The notes beneath the pieces were generated by a model, which worked only from the letters and a program-made list of their open reading frames with translations, made no database searches and was not told where the DNA came from. A program made the position numbers and the translations under genes. Positions 38,550 to 48,240 of a stretch of 64,000 bases of DNA are shown here, in pieces (positions within the stretch are counted from its first letter, which is position 1; each line of letters begins with the position of its first letter). Source of the stretch: an uncultured Armatimonadetes bacterium (GTDB lineage Bacteria; Armatimonadota; UBA5829; DTJY01); assembly GCA_963717145.1 (NCBI GenBank), contig OY970325.1, forward strand, positions 3,744,001 through 3,808,000. Reading direction: 5' to 3'.

Positions 38550-39602
38550 ATGAGCAACGAGCACAAACCACACGGTCGGCTGGCGGTCGGGGCGGAGGAC
38601 CTCGATCTTCGGCACACGCTCACGCCCGGGCAGTCGTTCCGGTGGCGGGAGGACGAACTCGGGCGATGGACCGGCGTCGTCGGGCGGAAGGTCGTTCGGC
38701 TTTGGCGGGAGGGAGGGGATATCCTCTGGGAGTCGTTCCCGTCGGACGGATCGGATGGGAGCGCCGGGGGATGTCCCCCTTACGAAGGGGGACCGGCCTC
38801 TGGGCCGAGGGGGTTTCTGCGCGCGGAATCTATGAAGCGTAACCGCCAGGACGCCGGGGACACCAGGCAAACCTCCCCCGGCCTGCTGGCCGGCCCCTCC
38901 TTCGTAAGGAGGGGCGCAGAGATGATCGCGGACTACCTCCGGCTCGATGTCGATCTCCAGGCGCTCTACGCCGAGTTCCGCGCCGCCAACGAGCACATCC
39001 GGGACGCGATCGACCGCCTGAGGGGGCTCAGAGTCCTGCGCCAGGACCCGGAGGAGACGCTCCTCTCCTACGTCTTCACTGCGGCGAACTCCCTGCGCCG
39101 GATCATCCCCGCCATCGAGGAGGTATCCCGGCGGTTCGGCGACCCGATCGCGGAGGTCGATGGGCGGATGTACTACTCGTTCCCGACCACACAGGCATTG
39201 GCGAACGCGCATCCGGACGATCTGCGGTGCATCGGCGGGGTCTGCTTCCGTGGGCCGAACCTGCACTCGGTCGCGAGGGTGATCCTCCACCACCCGCCGG
39301 GATGGGCGGCCGGGCTTCGTGAGAAGTCGTATGAGGAGGCCCGCGCGGAACTCCTCGCCATCAGGTGCATCGGGCGCAAGATCGCGGACTGCGCGCTTCT
39401 TTTTTCGATGGATAAGGACCAGGCGTTCCCCGTGGATACACATATTCGCCAAGTTGCTGTACAATACTACGTGCCCGAGTTCAAACAGAAGACGTTGACC
39501 CCGGCGGTGTATGAGGCGATCGTGGCCTTTTTCCAGAAGAAGTTCGGCCCATACGCCGGCTGGGCACAGGAGTATCTGTTCTATGACGATCTCGGAACGT
39601 AG
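38550..39602 (+). CDS. 8-oxoguanine DNA glycosylase (OGG1-like) with in-frame repeat-derived insertion
   Basis: TLTPGQSFRW, GLRVLRQDPEETL, IGRKIADC, FPVDTH, FGPYAGWAQEYLF. Confidence 0.9.
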   Translation: MSNEHKPHGRLAVGAEDLDLRHTLTPGQSFRWREDELGRWTGVVGRKVVRLWREGGDILWESFPSDGSDGSAGGCPPYEGGPASGPRGFLRAESMKRNRQDAGDTRQTSPGLLAGPSFVRRGAEMIADYLRLDVDLQALYAEFRAANEHIRDAIDRLRGLRVLRQDPEETLLSYVFTAANSLRRIIPAIEEVSRRFGDPIAEVDGRMYYSFPTTQALANAHPDDLRCIGGVCFRGPNLHSVARVILHHPPGWAAGLREKSYEEARAELLAIRCIGRKIADCALLFSMDKDQAFPVDTHIRQVAVQYYVPEFKQKTLTPAVYEAIVAFFQKKFGPYAGWAQEYLFYDDLGT

Positions 39603-39827
39603 TGGCCGCGCCTCCGTGCCGGCCATGCAACGTGGCGTAGTGGCCGTGCCTCCGTGCCGGCCATCCGACGTGGCGTAGTGGCCGTGCCTCCGTGCCGGCC
39701 ATCCGACGTGGCGTAGTGGCCGTGCCTCCGTGCCGGCCATGCAACGTGGCGTAGTGGCCGTGCCTCCGTGCCGGCCATGCCGAGCTGACGGTAACATCGA
39801 TGGCCGGGACTGAGCCACGGCCACTAC
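39599..39827. repeat. GTAG-family REP array: five tandem units at 38-nt period plus one inverted variant
   Basis: GTAGTGGCCGYGCCTCCGTGCCGGCCAT at 39599, 39637, 39675, 39713, 39751. Confidence 0.93.
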
Positions 39828-39841
39828 GGGAGATCAACGTC

Positions 39842-40330
39842 ATGACCGAGCAACGTATTCTCAGACGCCAACGGATGCGCCTTGAGGACGTGAGCTACGC
39901 CGAGCCCAGCATGGTATACTTCGCCACGCTGTGTGCGCGACACAAACATGACGTCTTCCGGGATGACGAGTTCGCACGTGTGGTGATCGAATCGCTGATG
40001 TGGTGCCGCTCCAGAGCGCTCTTTCGCTTGTATGCGTTCTGTCTGATGCCCGATCATCTGCATATCGCCGTGTCGCCAACGGTGGCTGCTGTAAGCCTGT
40101 CAGCTTCGATAGGCCGATTCAAGAGCTTTACGACATCGCGGAGTTGGGAATTCGGACAGGCAGGTCAGCTCTGGCAGCGCAGTTGGTACGACCACATCGC
40201 TCGGAAAGAGGATGATGTACCTGAGATATGCAAGTACATCCTGGAGAATCCCGTGAGGAAGATGCTGGTCGAGTCATCTGATCTCTGGCCATACAGTGGG
40301 ATGCCCGATGCGTTTGCGGCTTCATGGTGA
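39842..40330 (+). CDS. REP-associated tyrosine transposase (RAYT, HUH Y1 family)
   Basis: YFATLC, MPDHLH, FKS, LWQRSWYDH, YILENPV, WPYS motifs; flanked by REP arrays. Confidence 0.92.
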   Translation: MTEQRILRRQRMRLEDVSYAEPSMVYFATLCARHKHDVFRDDEFARVVIESLMWCRSRALFRLYAFCLMPDHLHIAVSPTVAAVSLSASIGRFKSFTTSRSWEFGQAGQLWQRSWYDHIARKEDDVPEICKYILENPVRKMLVESSDLWPYSGMPDAFAASW

Positions 40331-40334
40331 TCTC

Positions 40335-40514
40335 GTAGTGGCCGTGCCTCCGTGCCGGCCATCCGTGCCTCCGTGCCGGCCATGCGAGGCGACGATACGG
40401 CCCATGGCCGGGACAGAGCCACGGCCACTACATCACGTCGGAAGGCCGGCGCGGAGGCACGGCCACTACATGACGGTGTGCCACGGATGGCCGGGACAGA
40501 GCCACGGCCACTAC
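40335..40514. repeat. GTAG-family REP cluster downstream of RAYT
   Basis: One direct, one partial and three inverted copies ending GGCCACTAC. Confidence 0.9.
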
Positions 40515-40540
40515 GCCGGACGCCCTAGTGAGGAGAACAC

Positions 40541-41293
40541 ATGCTACGCGTAGAGGAACTGCAGAAATACTACCGGACGACGCTCGCCGTCGACGGCATC
40601 AGCTTCACCGTCGCCGATGGTGAGATCCTCGGGCTGCTCGGCCCGAACGGCGCGGGGAAGACCACGATCCTGCGCTCGATCGCCGGGGTGATCCAGATCA
40701 CCGCCGGGCGCATCGAGGTCGCCGGGCACGACCTCGCGACCGACGAGACCGCCGCGAAACGAAGCCTCGCGTTCGTTCCCGAAACGCCCAATCCCTACGA
40801 GATGCTCACCGTCTACGAGCACCTCCGGTTCATCGCGATGGCCTACAACACGCTCGACAGGTTCGAGGAGCGGGCGACTTCTCTGCTCGACAAGTTCGAC
40901 CTCGACGAGAAGCGCAACGACCTCGTGGCGACGCTCTCGAAGGGCATGAAGCAGAAGCTCGCGGTGGCGTGCGCATTCATCCATGACGCCCGGGTGGTCC
41001 TCTTCGACGAGCCGCTGATCGGGATCGACCCCAAGGGCGCGCGCGAGTTGAAGAACATGATGCTCGAGGCGAAGGATGCCGGGTGCTCGATCCTGGTAAG
41101 CACGCACATGCTCGATACCGCCGAGCGCCTCTGCGACCGAATACTGATCATCGACCACGGGCACGTCGTCACCGAGGGCACACTGAGCGAGCTTCACGAC
41201 CGCGCGCAGATGGGCGCCGACGCCACTCTCGAGGACATGTTCCTCAAGCTCACGGAAGAGGCAACTCCGGATGAAGGCGCTCCTGTATCTTGA
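40541..41293 (+). CDS. ABC transporter ATP-binding protein
   Basis: GPNGAGKT, LSKGMKQK, VLFDEP, STH. Confidence 0.95.
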   Translation: MLRVEELQKYYRTTLAVDGISFTVADGEILGLLGPNGAGKTTILRSIAGVIQITAGRIEVAGHDLATDETAAKRSLAFVPETPNPYEMLTVYEHLRFIAMAYNTLDRFEERATSLLDKFDLDEKRNDLVATLSKGMKQKLAVACAFIHDARVVLFDEPLIGIDPKGARELKNMMLEAKDAGCSILVSTHMLDTAERLCDRILIIDHGHVVTEGTLSELHDRAQMGADATLEDMFLKLTEEATPDEGAPVS

Positions 41294-42941
41294 GTATCGG
41301 ACAATCGTCAATGAGATCAGGCGCACACTCAGGTCGCCCAGGCGGCTGATACCTGGTCTGATCACGCTGGGGATGCTTCTGTTCCTGTTCCAGCACCGAA
41401 GCGGTTCGCCGAGCAGGCATGCGATGGATCCGCGGGTACTCGATCTCCTGGGGCAACACATCGAGTACGTTCGCCCGGCGGTCTTTGGGCTGGTGACGCT
41501 TCTCTCGTCACTGATCCTTACTGCTGCCTTAGGTCAGAGCCTGATCGCCTTCCGCCAGAACGAACTCGACTACCTGGTGCCGAGCGGGCTCGACCGCAGA
41601 CTGATTATGGGGTCGAAGCTGCTGGGCCTGATGTCGAAGGTCCTTGGTCTTCCGGCGGTCTTTGCCATTATGTGGCTGCCTTCCGTGCGGTCCGTCCTTG
41701 CGGGAAAGGGCGCGGTCGTCTGGCCGGCATTCATCGGTTTCTGCGCATTCGGCTTCTTCTTCCTGAGTCTGTATACGCTGGTCAACCTGATAGGCGCATA
41801 TCGGCCGGGCGGGAAGTGGTGGGCATCGCTCCTGGTTCGAGGCCTGGCGGTCTCGGCAGTGGGGTTTCCGTTCATTCTCGCGCTTGGCGGCTGGCTGCTG
41901 GCGGGCAACCCCCTGGTCTACCTGCTCCCGGCGCTCAGGAGTCCGATTACTACGACGGCATTCTTCCCGGTGAAGTGGCTCACCGACCTGCTGCTTGCCG
42001 TAGTGACCGGATGGAGCCCAGTATTGACCGCCGAACTCGCGGGACTGGTGCTCCTCGCCGGAGTCGTGTTCGCCGCCACAATCAGTCGGAAGGAGAACCC
42101 ATACGAGCCGTCCCTGACCTCCTCCGCAGGGCTGGTCGCCGTTATGGTCGCATCTCATTCTGGGGAGCTGCAAGCACTCGCGGCACGGGTAAGGGATGCC
42201 GAGCTTAGGAAGATCAAGCCGGCGCGGACGAGCATCCCGCCGTTCGGTCGAGGCGCATGGGCATTCGTGTGGAAGAGCGCAGTCTCCACGCGGAGGGGCT
42301 ACTTCAACGCCTGCGTGGGCATCTTGCTGGTGATTGTGGTTCTCATTGCTGTGCCGAAGATCGTGATGGCGGCACTCGGCGAGCATTCGGACTCGACGCC
42401 GTCCGCGATGGTGGCGTTATGCCTCCTGCCCATACTTATCATGTTCGGATCGCTCGCAGCCATGCACGAACTGCGCGCGGACCTGAAGCAGGCGAACATC
42501 GTGAAGCCGATGCCGATCGCGGCCTGGCAGATCATGGCGGCTGAGACCGCTCATGCGACCGGTCTACTGTCGCTTGCGGCGTGGGTAGTCCTGGCCGAGC
42601 TTGCCGCCCTGTACGGAGTACCGCACAACGGGTCGATGCTCGTCATCGCACTGACCGTCCCGTTCGTCATCGCGGCATGCTCATGCGTCCAAGTACCGAT
42701 ATCCGTGATCTATCCAGACTGGGAAGAGGCCACTTCCCAGTCCACCGGCAGCGGGTTGACAATCCTGCTGACGGTCTCGGTGCTCGGCTTCTCGCTGCTG
42801 ATAGGAACGGGTCTCTGGGGACTCGGGCTTTGGCGGCCTGCGGTCGCGCTGGCGTTGATACTGTTTTGCTCAGCAATGTCGATTGCCGGCACGGCGGTCG
42901 GCACCTTTCTGTTCCAGCGCTACGACCCGACCAACGAATGA
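41271..42941 (+). CDS. Putative ABC exporter permease
   Basis: Many TM segments, overlaps the ATPase stop, paralog of next gene (KENPYEPSL, PPFGRGA, KPMPI). Confidence 0.8.
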   Translation: MKALLYLEYRTIVNEIRRTLRSPRRLIPGLITLGMLLFLFQHRSGSPSRHAMDPRVLDLLGQHIEYVRPAVFGLVTLLSSLILTAALGQSLIAFRQNELDYLVPSGLDRRLIMGSKLLGLMSKVLGLPAVFAIMWLPSVRSVLAGKGAVVWPAFIGFCAFGFFFLSLYTLVNLIGAYRPGGKWWASLLVRGLAVSAVGFPFILALGGWLLAGNPLVYLLPALRSPITTTAFFPVKWLTDLLLAVVTGWSPVLTAELAGLVLLAGVVFAATISRKENPYEPSLTSSAGLVAVMVASHSGELQALAARVRDAELRKIKPARTSIPPFGRGAWAFVWKSAVSTRRGYFNACVGILLVIVVLIAVPKIVMAALGEHSDSTPSAMVALCLLPILIMFGSLAAMHELRADLKQANIVKPMPIAAWQIMAAETAHATGLLSLAAWVVLAELAALYGVPHNGSMLVIALTVPFVIAACSCVQVPISVIYPDWEEATSQSTGSGLTILLTVSVLGFSLLIGTGLWGLGLWRPAVALALILFCSAMSIAGTAVGTFLFQRYDPTNE

Positions 42942-42953
42942 TGGAGAACTAAC

Positions 42954-44615
42954 GTGTCCAGTGCGCTCTTCTACCTGCAATACCGGCAGCTCGCGAACCT
43001 GGCGAGGATCACCCTGCGGACGCCCAAGCGGCTGATCCCCGTCGTGCTGGGCGTCATCTACCTGCTGTTCTTCACGGTCGGCCAGGTTGCGCTCCGCAGC
43101 ATGGGCCACGGAATGCGTCACCCGACGCCGATGATGATGTCCTCCGTAGACGCCATTCAGTCCGGCCTGCTGTTTCTCGCGATCATGCTGTCACTGTCGA
43201 AGCTACACCAAGCCTTCTCCGAGAGCATGATCATCTTCACACCGGCGGAGATGGACGTGCTGATCTCGATGCCGATCAAGCGCCGAACCATACTGGCGAT
43301 CAAGCTCGCGGGCGTCTACGCGAAGTTCGGGATCTACATCGCATTCATCGGCGTCTTCACGGTCCCCCAGATGATGGCAGCCATCGGGACGGCGTCTCCG
43401 ATTCTGGCGCTCCTCGGCTGGCTGGCGATGGTGCTCTATGCCGCGACGGTCGTCAACCTCGCGACGGTGATCAACCTGATCGTCGCCTGCAGCAACGAGG
43501 ACAAGTGGTGGCAGAAGACGCTGGTCCGCGCCCTGATTCTCGGCCTCCTGCTGCTGGCATCGGTGACGGTCTACTCCGAGCTGTCGCGCACCGGGAGCAT
43601 CATTGCCGCCCTCGCCGCGTTGGTGCGCCAGCCGGTGCTGATCTGGCTCGCGGCCCCGGCGGTCTGGGCGACGGGACTCGGGGTATCGGTGTTCCGCGGA
43701 TGGCAGCCGGCCTTCGCGTGGCAGTTGGGCCTCCTGGCGGCTCTGGCATACGGGACGATGGCCATGGTTCTCGCGCGGAAGGAGAACCCGTACGAGCCGT
43801 CGCTTGCCGTGAGCGCCCGCACGGCGCTTATCAAGACAGCCATGAAGTCAGGAGGAATGTCCGCGGTCCGCGCCGAACTGATGCGTAACCGGAAGAGGTC
43901 GTCAGCCGCCACGATCGTCCCCCCGTTCGGCCGTGGCGCAACCGCGATCCTGTGGAAGAACATGGTCGGTTCGATGCGCACGAGCCGCTCAGGGATCATC
44001 GGCGCCGTCATACTGCTGCCCGCGCTCGCGTTGATCCTCCGCCTCACCGTCCGGGACAAGGGATTGTTCGAGTTCGCGCCGGAGGTGATGACGGGCGCTG
44101 CGTTGTATGTATTGTGGATCATGTCCATGGTGATGCAGCAGACTCTCCGCGCCAACCTGAAGCAGGTGAACATCCTGAAGCCGATGCCGATCTCCGCCTG
44201 GTGGCTCATGGTCGCCGAGACCGCCAACGCCGGGCTCATGGTATGCGGCTTCGTATGGCTGCTCTTCGGATCGGCGATCTTCATCCTCGGAGCGCCGGCT
44301 TCGAGCCAGATGATCATCTCGGGCCTCTCGCTTCCATTCGTGGCCTATGCTTCGATCTGCTCGCAAACGACTGTCGCGGTTCTCTATCCGAACTGGCAGG
44401 ACATATCGCAGCAGTGGATCGCCGGTCTGCTCAGCATGGGGCTGAGCGCACTGAGCATCGGCCCTCCGGTGGCGATCGGGGTGATCATGTGGTACGTGCA
44501 CGTTCCCCCGGCGATCGCGGCGCCGGTCGTGATCGCCACGGCACTCGGCCTGGCGCTGGGTGGAATCACGCTCGGAGCGGCTACCTACCGACGCCACGAT
44601 CCTACCGGTGAATAG
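42954..44615 (+). CDS. Putative ABC exporter permease (second paralog)
   Basis: Many TM segments; shares KENPYEPSL, PPFGRGA, KPMPI and terminal DPT.E with 41271-42941. Confidence 0.8.
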   Translation: MSSALFYLQYRQLANLARITLRTPKRLIPVVLGVIYLLFFTVGQVALRSMGHGMRHPTPMMMSSVDAIQSGLLFLAIMLSLSKLHQAFSESMIIFTPAEMDVLISMPIKRRTILAIKLAGVYAKFGIYIAFIGVFTVPQMMAAIGTASPILALLGWLAMVLYAATVVNLATVINLIVACSNEDKWWQKTLVRALILGLLLLASVTVYSELSRTGSIIAALAALVRQPVLIWLAAPAVWATGLGVSVFRGWQPAFAWQLGLLAALAYGTMAMVLARKENPYEPSLAVSARTALIKTAMKSGGMSAVRAELMRNRKRSSAATIVPPFGRGATAILWKNMVGSMRTSRSGIIGAVILLPALALILRLTVRDKGLFEFAPEVMTGAALYVLWIMSMVMQQTLRANLKQVNILKPMPISAWWLMVAETANAGLMVCGFVWLLFGSAIFILGAPASSQMIISGLSLPFVAYASICSQTTVAVLYPNWQDISQQWIAGLLSMGLSALSIGPPVAIGVIMWYVHVPPAIAAPVVIATALGLALGGITLGAATYRRHDPTGE

Positions 44616-44837
44616 CCCTGACTCGGATGGAACCTTCCTGCGGCTTTGCTCGCAGATAAAATATTACTCCGACAGGCGATCCGGGGGTCTCGGCTGTGGT
44701 ATAATATCGTAAGGAGACCCCGCTATAGCAGACTTCGTTCACAAGACATTCACGAAAGATTACCAGGTGTGGCATAATACTGGTGGGCTTTGCCGATCGA
44801 ATGTGAGCACCATCGAGAGGGTAAGAGAACACTCGCC

Positions 44838-47800
44838 ATGAGAAGCGTTTTCATTCTGATACTGATAGCCCTCGCCTCCCTGCCATCTAATGGAGCGGTC
44901 ACCTACGTCGATGCGGCCGCCACTGGCGCGAACGACGGATCATCATGGGCGAACGCGTTTGACACCATCCAGGCTGGAGTAGACGCGGCCAATGCCTCAG
45001 GCGGTGGCGAGGTCTGGGTCAAAGCGGGCACTTATAGCGGATGCACCAATGCGAATCCATCCGACAGCTTTGAAGCGCTCGACCCCAATGCAGTTGACAT
45101 CATGGGGGAAGAGAAGGACCTCTACTACACCACGAACGGCACACGGCTCTATGCTCACATCACTATGGCGTTCCTCACCGGTTCTGTGACTGTGGCTGGA
45201 ACATTGCCAGGGTTTGGCAGCACAACGGACGTGAATTCCTTTACGGCGCGTCTATTGGATCTGCGCGATGCAAATCCGGACGCTCTCCTTTTTGTCAATC
45301 ACCCCTCTGATGGCGCCCGGACCATACAGACCCCTGATCTGCTCGAAGCGGCGAATGCCGGCGTACTTCGTGTGATGGAGCTTCTGCGGCAACGTCCGGA
45401 CGACCTCGTGAAGTGGGACTACCTGCTCGCCAATCTCGATGACCAGGCCGGAGACTGCAGCAAGATGGTGTGGGGCATATGCTCCGCCGACCTGCACCAT
45501 GCGGTTGCTATAGACTACAAAGTGAAGCCCAGCATGATTGGCATGATTCCTACAGTCGATCAGGACCCCGCCTACAGTAATCGCAGGCTCGCATTCGCAG
45601 ACATGATTCGTCGAGGCAGCATGGTGTCCATGGCAACAAACTTCAGATGCGGCATGCCCACGTATTCGATGGAGAGTTCGGAGGGGACCGCCGCAAGCAT
45701 TAACGTAAGCATGCAGGCCGACAATATCGGCGGTGCGCCCTGGGTAGAGATGCGTTTCTATGGCTGCGATTGGCAGACTGGAACCCAACCCGGTACTCTG
45801 CTGTACACCAAGCGCATGAATTTCGGAAGCGTTGAGTCCGTAACCTACTATCTGACGCAGACGGGAGCCGTGGGTGGGATTCCGCTGACTGCTCAGCAGA
45901 AGGCGAATATCAAGTATATTCGACCGATGCTGGCTACCAGCGCAAGCGCCTATCAACACACTTACATGCAGCCGGTCAGGATTAGAAGCACGGGAAGCTG
46001 GTGGAACGGTCCAGCCGTCACCCTTGCCGGGCATCAGGCAACCGTGGGCCCGTCACCATATCCGTCAGGCGGCGACGATACGGGAGCAACAGTCTTCTTC
46101 AACACCCATTCGCATACTCTTGGTTCGGACGGCGACTCTGCGCCCCCATCGGTAAGAAGGGCGTATTGGGATATGTTCCGTGTCCTGGGCGGGCCTGAGG
46201 CTCTGTCTTTCGACATCGTTACCGACCACGAGGCTAGAACGCCCTTCTGCTTAGCCACGAGCAGCGTTGTCGCGCTCAAAGAGGGAGTGCACCTATATGG
46301 GGGATTCGCGGGCGATGAGACCAGCAAGGACCAGCGCGACTGGCAGGTGAACCATAGCATCATAGACGCCCAGAACCTGGGAAGGTGCATCTACTGCAAC
46401 GCAAACGATTGGACAGACCGGGCCAACGCCACGATTGACGGTTTTGTGCTGAAAAGAGGACGAGTAGACGAGGACTGCGGAGGCGGTCTGTGTAACTGGA
46501 AGTCCTCGATGGCTGTTCGTAATTGCACCTTCAGTGAGAACTTTGGGACGTTCGGAGGCGCTATGAGCAACTCCTCCGGCACTCCGAGTATCACTGATTG
46601 CGTATTCTCGGCCAACCAGAATTTCGTCTACGGCAGTCGCGGCGGCGCTATAATGAATGACGCATTCGCGAAGGCTTCGATCACTCGCTGCACCTTCCAG
46701 GGCAATTGTGCTCGCAGAGCCGGCGCAGTATTCGAGGGAGGAACAGAATCAATTATAACGGACTGTGATTTCGTGGGAAACACCGCCGTCAATACAACCG
46801 GATGGATCGGATATCATGGCCTCGGTGGAGCAATATATTGCCTCAGGTCCACTACCAAGATTACGAATTGCCGATTCGAGGGCAACAACAGCGCCACGAT
46901 CGGGAACTGCCGGGGCGGAGCGGTCTACGTCGAGGACAAACCATCACCCACATTCGAGCGTTGTACATTCACCGGTAACTCCGTGACTGGACCCAACGGT
47001 CGCGGGGGAGCCATGTACATTTGGCTGTCTACCCCGAAGGTACTCGGCTGCGTTTTCACCGGCAACTCAGCGCCGGCCAATGCCGGCCTGGGGGGCGCAG
47101 TCTATGTCGACGGTCTACCCGGAGCCATTGTCAACTGGAATACCTTCGTGGCAAACACCGCCCTGCAGGGTGGCGGGATATACACCATCAACTCCTCGCC
47201 CTTGATCGCCAACAACATCGTAGCTTTCAACTCCACAGGGATCGAGCGCAGCGGCGAGTCGCCCACGCTCAAGAACAATGACTTCTTCGGCAACACCATA
47301 GACTACGTTGGGATCGGCGCAGGCAGTGGAGATATCTCCGCGGATCCGCTGTTCGTCGACAAGGAAGCGCGCAACTACCACCTCACGGCCGTCTCACCAT
47401 GCATCAATGCCGGGACTAGTGTGCCCGATGTGCCGGCGTTTGACATGGACGGCGAGGGAAGGATCTACGGCTCGGCGAGGGATATCGGAGCGGATGAGTA
47501 CTGGTCGACCACGGTCCCTCTGACTGCGATCAAGACACTCGCGGATGAGACGGACGCTTGCCTGGAAGGTCTGACCGTCAGTGCCGTGTTCGATGACTTC
47601 TTCTACGTCGAGGCCGGGGACAGATCATCCGGTATCCGGGTGAACAAGGAAGATCACGATGCCCAGATCGGGATGACCGTCAAGGTCTGCGGCACTGTGA
47701 GGACGAATGACGATGGAGAGAGGTACATCGAGGCCGATACAGCCTCGGAAGATGGAGAGGGCACTGTCAATTCTCTATTCCTGCTTAGCCGCAGCATCGG

Positions 47801-48122
47801 CGGTGGGGATTGGATGTATGATCCGGCTACGGGGACCGGTCAGAAGGGCATCGCGGGCGCCGTGGATCTGAATAACATCGGCCTCCTCGTAAGCACCAGC
47901 GGGCGAGTGACCTATTCCTGCGCCAGCTACTTCTACATCGACGACGGCTCGGCGCTCCAAGACGGCTCGGGGTATCTCGGCGTCAGAGTCCTGCCGTATG
48001 ACCTCGCCGTTCCTCCCGCAACTGCTCGAGTCCGGGTAACTGGGGTCAGTTCATGTTTCAAGCTGAACGGTAACATACGCCGCCTCATTAGAGCTACCAG
48101 CTTGGTGGACTACGGGCAGTAA
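44838..48122 (+). CDS. Large secreted beta-helix protein with inserted PHP-like domain and C-terminal OB-fold-like domains
   Basis: Signal peptide, DGSSWANAF cap, GGA/N-rich beta-helix repeats, ISADPLFV..NYHL..SPCINAG, DIGADE, LNNIGLLV, FYIDDGS. Confidence 0.85.
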   Translation: MRSVFILILIALASLPSNGAVTYVDAAATGANDGSSWANAFDTIQAGVDAANASGGGEVWVKAGTYSGCTNANPSDSFEALDPNAVDIMGEEKDLYYTTNGTRLYAHITMAFLTGSVTVAGTLPGFGSTTDVNSFTARLLDLRDANPDALLFVNHPSDGARTIQTPDLLEAANAGVLRVMELLRQRPDDLVKWDYLLANLDDQAGDCSKMVWGICSADLHHAVAIDYKVKPSMIGMIPTVDQDPAYSNRRLAFADMIRRGSMVSMATNFRCGMPTYSMESSEGTAASINVSMQADNIGGAPWVEMRFYGCDWQTGTQPGTLLYTKRMNFGSVESVTYYLTQTGAVGGIPLTAQQKANIKYIRPMLATSASAYQHTYMQPVRIRSTGSWWNGPAVTLAGHQATVGPSPYPSGGDDTGATVFFNTHSHTLGSDGDSAPPSVRRAYWDMFRVLGGPEALSFDIVTDHEARTPFCLATSSVVALKEGVHLYGGFAGDETSKDQRDWQVNHSIIDAQNLGRCIYCNANDWTDRANATIDGFVLKRGRVDEDCGGGLCNWKSSMAVRNCTFSENFGTFGGAMSNSSGTPSITDCVFSANQNFVYGSRGGAIMNDAFAKASITRCTFQGNCARRAGAVFEGGTESIITDCDFVGNTAVNTTGWIGYHGLGGAIYCLRSTTKITNCRFEGNNSATIGNCRGGAVYVEDKPSPTFERCTFTGNSVTGPNGRGGAMYIWLSTPKVLGCVFTGNSAPANAGLGGAVYVDGLPGAIVNWNTFVANTALQGGGIYTINSSPLIANNIVAFNSTGIERSGESPTLKNNDFFGNTIDYVGIGAGSGDISADPLFVDKEARNYHLTAVSPCINAGTSVPDVPAFDMDGEGRIYGSARDIGADEYWSTTVPLTAIKTLADETDACLEGLTVSAVFDDFFYVEAGDRSSGIRVNKEDHDAQIGMTVKVCGTVRTNDDGERYIEADTASEDGEGTVNSLFLLSRSIGGGDWMYDPATGTGQKGIAGAVDLNNIGLLVSTSGRVTYSCASYFYIDDGSALQDGSGYLGVRVLPYDLAVPPATARVRVTGVSSCFKLNGNIRRLIRATSLVDYGQ

Positions 48123-48240
48123 GCCGGATCTGCCCTGACTCGCCCTGCTCCCTGCGATTCCATTTCCCCCCCCGAAATGCGTTGACTATTTGAACGAATG
48201 CAGGTAGAAATAGCAGTGGCAGACGCATAATCCTCAAACC

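Noticed and set aside
39599-39778. Regularly spaced 28-nt repeats resembling a CRISPR array
   Set aside because: Spacers are only 10 nt and repeat each other, no cas genes are present, and the units are GTAG REPs beside a RAYT
38418-39824. 468-aa minus-strand ORF with repeated HGGTATTPR units
   Set aside because: Translation of the REP array and antisense of the OGG gene
45036-46265. Intein in the beta-helix protein (a Cys lies near the insert start)
   Set aside because: No terminal His-Asn followed by Cys/Ser/Thr, the Cys is absent in the paralog, and the motifs are PHP-like
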